12,439 nucleotides of DNA from contig JBBQYG010000123.1 in NCBI GenBank assembly GCA_038208905.1, forward strand, positions 1 through 12,439. Direction: 5' to 3'. A program made the translations under genes and the position numbers. This DNA is from Candidatus Sumerlaeia bacterium. GTDB lineage: Bacteria > Sumerlaeota > Sumerlaeia > SLMS01. Positions 1-6,906 of the stretch are shown here, piece after piece (the stretch's first letter is position 1; every line of letters starts with the position of its first letter). The notes beneath the pieces are model-generated. The model searched no databases. It was given only the letters and a program-made list of their open reading frames with translations, and was not told the origin of the DNA.

Positions 1-20
1 GGGATGACTCTCAACCGCAT
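1..20 (-). CDS. Possible 5' end of a downstream gene (MRLRVIP...), truncated by the window edge
   Basis: ATG at 20-18 on the minus strand lies 2 nt after the TAG of the 23-883 gene, an operon-like spacing. Only ~7 codons are visible. Confidence 0.3.
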
Positions 21-22
21 TC

Positions 23-883
23 CTATTCCGCGGGGGCGGTCTGCGACTCGAAGTAAACGTCCTTCTGAAGATCCCCGCCCGTTCCCATCCGGGCGAAAAC
101 GATGGGGAAGGGGAAAAACCCTCTCAGGTGGGCCCCCGCGCGCTTGTCGAAGATCATGCGCTGGCGCATGAAATACTGATCGAAAGTCTGGGCAAAGGCG
201 AACTCGGGGATCGACTGACCTTCGGCGTCCTGGAGTCCCCGAATGCGAACGAGGAGGAGGGGGTAGGAACCATCCTTGCCGAGGAGGGCGACGTCATACT
301 CCCAGATGCTCTCGTCCAGGGGAATACGGTGGATGCGGTCCTCCAGCGCGATTGGGGCGACGATTCCACGGGCGCGGTCCACCTGGGTCAGGCCGCGGAG
401 GCCCGCATCGCCATCGAGTGCCGCCTTCCACTCGCCGGGCAAGTTCGCGGTGTAGATCCCCGGGACATCGGGATTCATCGGCCATATCGCGGCGTTGCCA
501 AGGACGCATTCGGCGTCCCAAATGTAGCCGTTGCGGTCGGAAACACGGTGTATCAACCCGACGACATCGGCCTCGCCGGACGACGCGGTCCGCTCCAGCA
601 CGCCGAGCCGAAGCGCCATCTTGATATCGCCGTCCTTCACAAACAGCCGCCCGCCGGCCTCCGCGGGGAACCATGTCTCGGTGGGGCTCGTCACGGTGAT
701 GGGAAACCACGGCGCAAACCGACCGGGGGATGCGGTAACCCGGGGAGTGGGAGTAGCAGCGCCCGGATCGACGGGCGGCGCCGCCGCAGGCCGCTTGATG
801 GCGTAGATTGCGCCAAGCATTGCGAGCAGCGCCACAAAGGCCAGCAGGGAAACGACGCCGGATTGGTTCTTGGAATCGGACAC
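23..883 (-). CDS. Hypothetical protein with one N-terminal TM anchor, a Pro/Thr/Ala linker and a ~230-aa globular domain of unknown family (286 aa)
   Basis: Part of ORF 23..961. The GTG at 883 (VSDSKNQSG...) has GGAGG ~13 nt upstream. It is followed by hydrophobic VVSLLAFVALLAMLGAIYAI, then PAAAPPVDPGAATPTP, then a normal globular composition. No family motif recognised. Confidence 0.75.
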   Translation of the reverse strand: MSDSKNQSGVVSLLAFVALLAMLGAIYAIKRPAAAPPVDPGAATPTPRVTASPGRFAPWFPITVTSPTETWFPAEAGGRLFVKDGDIKMALRLGVLERTASSGEADVVGLIHRVSDRNGYIWDAECVLGNAAIWPMNPDVPGIYTANLPGEWKAALDGDAGLRGLTQVDRARGIVAPIALEDRIHRIPLDESIWEYDVALLGKDGSYPLLLVRIRGLQDAEGQSIPEFAFAQTFDQYFMRQRMIFDKRAGAHLRGFFPFPIVFARMGTGGDLQKDVYFESQTAPAE

Positions 884-952
884 GCGGGAAAGCAATCCTC
901 CACTCGTTGAAACGCCCCGCAGACTGTGGCGGGCGCGTGTTGGTAGCCACAC

Positions 953-2812
953 ATGCCCCATGGGCTCAAGGAATTACGGACAACCGGCGCCGTTGTCCTT
1001 GTCCCGGAGCGCCAAGCCCCCAAGCCTGAAAAGCTCGATGGCGCGCCATCCCCGCGGTCGCAAAAGTCATTTCTTTTCGTAGGATCCGGAGAGCACTGGA
1101 TGTTCGACAAGACGGTCGTAAACCTGAAGCGCGAGCCCGACTATGTGGACAGCCCGCTCCCCGTGGTGGACGAAAGCCGCTTCACGACGCCGCCTACCCC
1201 GGGTGCTCCCTTGCGCGAGCCGAATAAGGAGTGGGTGGAGTCAACCTTGGCGGGGATGACGCTTGAGGAGAAGATCGGCCAGCTCCTGATGACGTCACAG
1301 AATGCCAGCCCCGAACGGCAAGTCGGCGAGCACCACGTTGGCGGGTTTATCTTTATCGGCAACGGCCAGAGCGCCGCCGCCGTGGTGGCGGAAGTCAACC
1401 GGCTGCAGGCGATTTCGCGTATTCCGCTGTGGTTCGGCATCGACTCCGAGGCTGGCGTAGGCGCGCGTATCGCCGACGCGACAATGCTGCCGATGCTGAT
1501 GGCATTTGGCGCGGCGGACGATCCGTCGCTGATGGAGGCGGCAGGGCGTATCACCGCGCGCGAGTCCCAGGCGCTGGGACTGCAAGTGACGTTCGGTCCG
1601 GTGCTGGACGTGAACACCGAACCGCGCAACCCCATCGTCTCCACGCGATCGTGCTCCGATTCGCCGGATCGCGTCGCGCGCAACGCCGCGGCATTCGTGC
1701 GCGGAGCCCGGGCGGAGGGAGTCCTCTGCACCTTCAAGCACTATCCCGGGCACGGCGCCTCGGCGGGCGACAGCCATAGCATGCTCCCCTCGATTGATGC
1801 CACGATGGAGGAGTTGGAAGAAGTCCACCTGCGCCCCTATCGCGAATTGATCGCAGAGAGCGAGGTGGACATGGTGATGACGTCGCACCTTTGGTTTCCC
1901 GCCGTCCACCCCGAGACCCCATGGCCCGCGACCCTTTCCGGTACGTTCAACACGAGTATTCTGCGCGAGCAGCTTGGCTTCGATGGCCTTATCGTAAGCG
2001 ACGCCATCGAGATGACCGGCGTGGCGCAGGCGGTCCCCGATCTGAGTGAGCGGGCCGTCCGTGCGGTTGAGGCTGGCGTCGATATCATCATCGGCACGGA
2101 GGACTTGGGCGCCGCCGCGCGGGGAATCCATGACGCGGTGGAAAGCGGGCGCCTATCGCCTAATCTCATCGACCGCTCGACGCGCCGGGTGCTGACTGCA
2201 AAGAGCCGCGCGGGACTGCCGGAGCGCCGCTTCGTTTCCCCCGATGCGTGGCGCAATGTCCTCAACAGCCCCGTGCACCGGGAGATCGTCCGCGAGGTCT
2301 GCCGACGAGCCATCACTTGGGCGAAGAATGATCTGGGGGCAGGGGCGGTCCTCTCACCCGGAGAGAATATCCACGTGGTGACGCTGCTGGGGAGTCAGAA
2401 GATATTCTATCGCTTCCCCGCGACGCCGTTCCACGCCATACTGGACGCGGCAATTCCGGGCCTCACGAAGCATGTGGTTTCCCAGGTGGCGACCGAGGCC
2501 GATGTGGAGCAAATCGCGCTCGCGACGGCGGGGGCGGACAAGATTGTGGTGCTTGGGTACGATTGGTACGCGATCCACCCCGCCAATCAGGTGGCAATGG
2601 TTAATCGCCTGACGGAAGGGCCCGCTCCGGTGATCTATGTGGGGTTCGGAGCGCCCTATCACCTGCTCCAGATTCCCGGCGTGGCGGCGTTCCTGTGTGG
2701 CTATGCCACCATCGCCGCGATGCAGGAGACCGCGGCGGAGGTCCTGCTGGGACGCCGAATCGCGCCGGGCACGTTGCCGGTGAGCCTGTACCCCTCCATG
2801 TCACCCGCCTAG
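953..2812 (+). CDS. nagZ: Glycoside hydrolase family 3, two-domain beta-N-acetylhexosaminidase (NagZ-type); start uncertain (953, or ATG at 1100)
   Basis: MTLEEKIGQL, GIDSEAG, GPVLDVN..NPI, KHYPGHGASAGDSH (1736-1777; NagZ-type KH(F/I)PG(H/L)GxxxxD(S/T)H signature), nucleophile region VSDAIEM, AVEAGVDII, and a C-terminal domain ending FGAPY...GTLPV. GGAGAG precedes the ATG at 1100. Confidence 0.9.
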   Translation: MPHGLKELRTTGAVVLVPERQAPKPEKLDGAPSPRSQKSFLFVGSGEHWMFDKTVVNLKREPDYVDSPLPVVDESRFTTPPTPGAPLREPNKEWVESTLAGMTLEEKIGQLLMTSQNASPERQVGEHHVGGFIFIGNGQSAAAVVAEVNRLQAISRIPLWFGIDSEAGVGARIADATMLPMLMAFGAADDPSLMEAAGRITARESQALGLQVTFGPVLDVNTEPRNPIVSTRSCSDSPDRVARNAAAFVRGARAEGVLCTFKHYPGHGASAGDSHSMLPSIDATMEELEEVHLRPYRELIAESEVDMVMTSHLWFPAVHPETPWPATLSGTFNTSILREQLGFDGLIVSDAIEMTGVAQAVPDLSERAVRAVEAGVDIIIGTEDLGAAARGIHDAVESGRLSPNLIDRSTRRVLTAKSRAGLPERRFVSPDAWRNVLNSPVHREIVREVCRRAITWAKNDLGAGAVLSPGENIHVVTLLGSQKIFYRFPATPFHAILDAAIPGLTKHVVSQVATEADVEQIALATAGADKIVVLGYDWYAIHPANQVAMVNRLTEGPAPVIYVGFGAPYHLLQIPGVAAFLCGYATIAAMQETAAEVLLGRRIAPGTLPVSLYPSMSPA

Positions 2813-2829
2813 CGGGCGGCCCGCCCGCT
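2811..2829 (+). terminator. GC hairpin right at the GH3 stop, possible weak intrinsic terminator
   Basis: AGCGGGCG-GCC-CGCCCGCT (8-bp stem) followed by TACTCCTT, which is a poor U-tract. Confidence 0.4.
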
Positions 2830-2835
2830 TACTCC

Positions 2836-2864
2836 TTGCACACGTCCGCGGAGGGCCGGATTCT
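2836..2864 (+). promoter_or_regulatory. Candidate sigma70-like promoter for pilD
   Basis: TTGCAC-N17-GATTCT, 22 nt upstream of the ATG at 2887. The -10 match is weak. Confidence 0.25.
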
Positions 2865-2886
2865 CCGCGCACTCTTTGGAGGCCCG

Positions 2887-4026
2887 ATGACCTTCCTTCT
2901 AGCCGCCGCGGCAGTCGCCGAAGCGCCCGAAAACCCCCTCTGGAATCCCGGGATGCACGCCTACTGGGCTGTCGTCGCGGCGATCTTTGGATTGTTTCTA
3001 GGGTCCTTCTACAACGTTTGCATTTACCGCATTCCCGCTGGCCTTTCGATCAACAACCCGAAGCGAAGCTTCTGCTATCGCTGTGGATCGATGATCGAGT
3101 GGCTGGACAACATTCCCGTCCTGAGCTACTTGATCCTGCGTGGCCGGTGCCGCAACTGCGGGGCGTCGTTCAGCCCGCGTTACATGATTGTGGAATTGCT
3201 GACCGGGGGGCTGTTCCTGTGGACGTTCCTCTCCTTCAATCCCACGGCCGACGAGCCGTTCCGCATCGAGACGGTGTGGTTCATGGTCTTTGCCAGCCTC
3301 TTGATCATCGGCACCTTCACCGATCTGGATACATGGATAATCCCCGATGGCATCACCATCGGCGGAACCGTGGCCGCGCTGGTCGCAGCGGCGGTGATCG
3401 GCGTATTCGATGCCGTGCCGCTGCTCTCGCTGTATGGTCCGTTTCCTGTGATCAGACTGCACGAGGAGGGCGGCGACGGGTTCCTGATGTTACTCGCGCT
3501 ACTGAACGGGCCGATTCGGCTGGGCCTGGATGCGGCGACCTTCCAATGGTGGGAGCCGCTGGCGAACTCTGTGATCGGCGCGGTGTTTGGTCCGGCGCTG
3601 CTCTATGGGATCGCCGTCGGGGGAAAGTTCATTTTCCGCAAGGATGCGATGGGAATGGGCGACGTGAAGCTGTTCGCCCTGATCGGCGCGAGCCTGGGCA
3701 TCACGGGGAGCCTCGTCACGCTCTTCCTGGCCTGCGTCTTCGGCGCAGTCGCGGGCGGGATCGGCGTGCTGGTTGGCCGCGTGAAGAGCGCCCCTAGCTT
3801 TGTCTTGCAGGAGGGTCCACGCAGCCTACCACCTCGCGATGAACCGCCCCCCGGGGTCACGGAGGCGGATCGCGATGTGCGCAAACTGGCGGCGCTGGGC
3901 CAGATGATCCCGCGCGGCAAGTCGGTTCATCATCTCCCCTTTGGTCCGTGGATTGCCTTGGGAGCGTTGGTGGTGGTGCTGTTCCGTAATGATGTGCATT
4001 GGTTGATGATGAAATGGATGTCGTGA
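2887..4026 (+). CDS. pilD: Prepilin peptidase / N-methyltransferase (peptidase A24A), 379 aa
   Basis: GGAGG RBS before ATG 2887. GSFYNVCIYRIP, two CxxC motifs (CYRC, CRNC) with WLDNIPVLSYLILRGRC, catalytic Asp motifs TDLDTWIIPD and MGMGDVKL, C-terminal LPFGPWIALG, and multiple TM segments. Confidence 0.95.
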   Translation: MTFLLAAAAVAEAPENPLWNPGMHAYWAVVAAIFGLFLGSFYNVCIYRIPAGLSINNPKRSFCYRCGSMIEWLDNIPVLSYLILRGRCRNCGASFSPRYMIVELLTGGLFLWTFLSFNPTADEPFRIETVWFMVFASLLIIGTFTDLDTWIIPDGITIGGTVAALVAAAVIGVFDAVPLLSLYGPFPVIRLHEEGGDGFLMLLALLNGPIRLGLDAATFQWWEPLANSVIGAVFGPALLYGIAVGGKFIFRKDAMGMGDVKLFALIGASLGITGSLVTLFLACVFGAVAGGIGVLVGRVKSAPSFVLQEGPRSLPPRDEPPPGVTEADRDVRKLAALGQMIPRGKSVHHLPFGPWIALGALVVVLFRNDVHWLMMKWMS

Positions 4027-4029
4027 GGC

Positions 4030-4079
4030 GGGGAGTAGCAGGGAGCGGCAGGGAAATGCAGGGGAAGGGCGGGACAGCG
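4030..4079 (+). repeat. Imperfect 10-nt tandem repeat (GGGAnnnGCA-like) with six G-tracts; G-quadruplex-pattern sequence
   Basis: gggagtagca gggagcggca gggaaatgca ggggaagggc gggacagcg fills the pilD-aroE spacer. Confidence 0.65.
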
Positions 4080-4970
4080 ATGAGTGATCGGGAACAGTCA
4101 CGGCATTTGGTCTCGGGCCCCACGCGGCTGGTGGGGGTGATGGGGTGGCCGGTGTCGCATTCGCGGTCGCCGGGGATGCACAACGCGGCTCTCAGCGCGG
4201 CGGGGATCGACGCGGTCTATGTGCCGTTGCCCGTGTCGCCGGATCGCCTCGCGGAAGCGGTGGCGGGGCTGAAGGCGCTGGGATTCGTTGGCAGCAACGT
4301 GACGATCCCCCACAAGGAGGGGGTCGCGGCGCTGATGGACGAGTTGACCGAGGAGGCCCGCCTGATCGGCGCGGTGAACACGATCCGTGTGGAGCCGGAC
4401 GGCAGCCTGACGGGTCACAACACGGATTGCATCGGCGCGGTCGCTGCGCTGGAGCGTGATGGCACGTCGATACGTGGGAAGACGACGATAATCATCGGCG
4501 CCGGCGGGGCGGGCCGCGGCGTGGCGGCGGGATGCGCCCTGGCGGGTGCCGCGCGCGTGGTCGTGCTGAACCGGACCGCGGATCGGGCACGCGCGGTTGT
4601 GGAGGAGTTGGCTGGTCACTCGCGCCTGTCGGCAGGAACTGAGTGGCATCATGGGACGCTGGGCAGTGCGCTGCCCGGGGGTCTGAATTGGACCGACGTG
4701 GACGCCGTTTTCCAGATGACGAGCCTTGGCATGAAGGACAACCGCGAGATCCCGCTGGACCCCGCCATCCTTCCGCCGGGGTGCCACGTTCTTGAAGGGG
4801 TTTACGTTCCACTCGAAACGCCCTTCCTCTCCGCGGCCCGCGCGAAGGGGTTGCGTACCACGGATGGGTTGGCGATGTTGCTGGAACAGGGTGCCGCCTC
4901 GTTTGCCTTCTGGTTTGGCGTGGCGCCGGACCGCGAGGCGATGCGGCGAGCCCTTTCTCCCGCGGGATAG
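4080..4970 (+). CDS. aroE: Shikimate dehydrogenase (296 aa)
   Basis: GWPVSHSRSPGMHN, NVTIPHK, IGAVNT, HNTD, Rossmann GAGGAGRG, LNRT, DGLAMLLEQG. ATG 4080 chosen because the homologous region starts just after it. Confidence 0.95.
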   Translation: MSDREQSRHLVSGPTRLVGVMGWPVSHSRSPGMHNAALSAAGIDAVYVPLPVSPDRLAEAVAGLKALGFVGSNVTIPHKEGVAALMDELTEEARLIGAVNTIRVEPDGSLTGHNTDCIGAVAALERDGTSIRGKTTIIIGAGGAGRGVAAGCALAGAARVVVLNRTADRARAVVEELAGHSRLSAGTEWHHGTLGSALPGGLNWTDVDAVFQMTSLGMKDNREIPLDPAILPPGCHVLEGVYVPLETPFLSAARAKGLRTTDGLAMLLEQGAASFAFWFGVAPDREAMRRALSPAG

Positions 4971-5006
4971 GGTATCGCGGGCGACCCCACAGGAGACCCT
5001 AAATCG

Positions 5007-5534
5007 ATGTCCCAGCGCTGCGTGTCGCTCCTTGGCCCCATGGGGGCCGGAAAGTCGTCGGTTGGCAAGAACCTGGCGGAAATGCTCGGCTACCAGTTCG
5101 TCGATACCGACGCGCTCATCGTCAAGCGGGCCGGGAAATCCATTTCGGCGATCTTCGAAGAGTCTGGCGAGGATGGCTTCCGCAAGCTGGAGGGCGAAGT
5201 CATCGCCGGGCTTGCGGGCTCCAAGAACCTGGTGATTGCCACGGGCGGTGGCGCGCTGCTGGACCCACAGAACCGACACGTCTTCACGGTACTTGGTCAC
5301 ACCATCTATCTGAAAGCGAGCGCGCGCGAACTCTATCAGCGTATCAAGAACGACACATCGCGCCCGCTGCTCCAAAAAGCCGCCGATCCCAAGGCGGAGG
5401 TCGCCCGACTGCTTTCGGAGCGCGCCGCCTTCTATGAGGAGGCCGACATCGTGGTGGATACCGAGGACTTGAGCGTGGAGGAAGTGACCGACGTGCTCAT
5501 CGACGAGTTGGCAAAGCGAACGGTGGATGGATGA
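5007..5534 (+). CDS. aroK: Shikimate kinase (175 aa)
   Basis: Walker A GPMGAGKSS, FVDTD, GEDGFRKLE, IATGGG, RPLL, ERAAFY. AGGAG at 4991-4995. Confidence 0.96.
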   Translation: MSQRCVSLLGPMGAGKSSVGKNLAEMLGYQFVDTDALIVKRAGKSISAIFEESGEDGFRKLEGEVIAGLAGSKNLVIATGGGALLDPQNRHVFTVLGHTIYLKASARELYQRIKNDTSRPLLQKAADPKAEVARLLSERAAFYEEADIVVDTEDLSVEEVTDVLIDELAKRTVDG

Positions 5535-6906
5535 TCGCGGGAAAGAATCGCCCGGCCACCTCGCGGGCATCCTTCTCGCATTGCTGGCGATGCTGGTCGC
5601 GGGATGCGGGATTGGTCCCCGCCCGGTGGCCGCGACAACTCTCCCGTGGAAACAGGTGCGTACGATGAAGCTCTCCAACGGCCTGACGCTTGCCGTTCAG
5701 CAGGACAACACCATCCCCCTTGTGACGATGGACATGTGGGTCCGCGTGGGAAGCGGCGACGAGCCCAGCGAGATCGCGGGCGCGAGCCACTTCCTGGAGC
5801 ACATGCTCTTCAAGGGAACCGAGCGCCTTCCCGTGGGCGAGTACGACCGCCGCGTGGAGGGCGCGGGAGGCTATCTCAACGCCGCCACGTCCTATGACTA
5901 TACGCACTACTACGTGACGGTGCCCAGCGAGCACTTCGAGGCGATCCTCGAGGACTTCGCCGACGTGATGACCGGGAGTAGCATCGCGACCGCCGAGGTG
6001 GAGAGCGAGCGCCAGGTGATCCTGGAGGAAATCCGCCGGAAGAACGACAACGCGATGGGCTTCCTCTTCGACGAGGCGATGCCCGCGCTGTATGGCTCGG
6101 GCCCCTATCGCCACACGGTGCTGGGGAGCAGCGAAACCGTCGCGGCGATTTCGCGCGACACATTGGCGGAGCACTATCGCCGCTTCTACACCGCGGATAA
6201 CATGTACCTCTCGGTTGTGGGCGCTGTCGATCCCGAGGCAGTTCGCGCGCGGGCGGAATTGGCATTCTCTCGAATGAACACGACGCGCGCGCCGTGGCGC
6301 GATGCGGCGCCGGGGACGAATTTTGCCGCGCCCGCAAGCCGCCTGCTTCCGCGCGAATGGAACGAGGCCTATTTCCTTCTCGCGTTTCCCGGCCCCGCCG
6401 CGGGCGCGACGGCGCGCGATATGGCGCTGGCGGACCTTGCACAGACGGTCCTTGGCGGCGGGCGAAGCTCCCGCCTCGTGAAGTCCCTGCAGGAGCAGAA
6501 GGGCATCGTCAGCAGCATCGGCGCCTACCTTCCCACCAATCGCAATCCCGGGCCGATCACGATCTATGGCACTTGCGAGCCGGAGCGCCTGGACGAGGTG
6601 CGGACGGAGATTTTCAACGAGCTTTCCCGCCTGCGCGAGGGTGGCCTGAAAGGCGACGAGATGAAGCGCGTCCGCCGCCTCGCGCTCAACTCCCACCTGT
6701 TCTCCCTTGAGTCCAACGCGGGGCGCGCTTCCACGGCGGGATACTCGCTGGCGATGCTCGGCAACCTGTCGCTGCTGACCGAATACGAGGACCTGCTCCG
6801 CTCCATCGGCGAGAGCGAGGTGGAGGATTTCCTTCGCAAATGGCTGGTGGAGGAAAGCGCCTCCTTTGTGGTGACGGCCCGCCCGGAGCGCGTCGCGCCG
6901 AAATGA
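5527..6906 (+). CDS. M16B (insulinase/pitrilysin-like) zinc peptidase, zinc-binding subunit, predicted lipoprotein (459 aa)
   Basis: LSNGL, VGSGDE, HFLEH (5788-5802) MLFKGT, NAATSYDYT, distal Glu in ERQVILEE about 75-76 residues after HXXEH, LGGGRSSRL. Signal peptide ending LVAG-C27. Overlaps the aroK stop by 8 nt. Confidence 0.93.
   Translation: MDDRGKESPGHLAGILLALLAMLVAGCGIGPRPVAATTLPWKQVRTMKLSNGLTLAVQQDNTIPLVTMDMWVRVGSGDEPSEIAGASHFLEHMLFKGTERLPVGEYDRRVEGAGGYLNAATSYDYTHYYVTVPSEHFEAILEDFADVMTGSSIATAEVESERQVILEEIRRKNDNAMGFLFDEAMPALYGSGPYRHTVLGSSETVAAISRDTLAEHYRRFYTADNMYLSVVGAVDPEAVRARAELAFSRMNTTRAPWRDAAPGTNFAAPASRLLPREWNEAYFLLAFPGPAAGATARDMALADLAQTVLGGGRSSRLVKSLQEQKGIVSSIGAYLPTNRNPGPITIYGTCEPERLDEVRTEIFNELSRLREGGLKGDEMKRVRRLALNSHLFSLESNAGRASTAGYSLAMLGNLSLLTEYEDLLRSIGESEVEDFLRKWLVEESASFVVTARPERVAPK

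Noticed and set aside
1..20. Assigning MRLRVIP to RNase J or another metallo-beta-lactamase-fold protein
   Set aside because: Seven residues are too few to support any product call.
128..910. 260-aa plus-strand ORF as the real gene
   Set aside because: It is the antisense mirror of the 23-883 ORF, which has a credible RBS, TM anchor and protein-like composition.
2695..2886. Upstream extension of pilD given by the ORF track (similarly 3999 for aroE and 6840 for M16 subunit 2)
   Set aside because: These extensions overlap the upstream genes. Better starts with an RBS, stop-start overlap or signal peptide exist at 2887, 4080 and 6903.
4030..4079. CRISPR or REP interpretation of the short repeat
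   Set aside because: The units are 10 nt, degenerate, unspaced and non-palindromic, and no cas genes are present.
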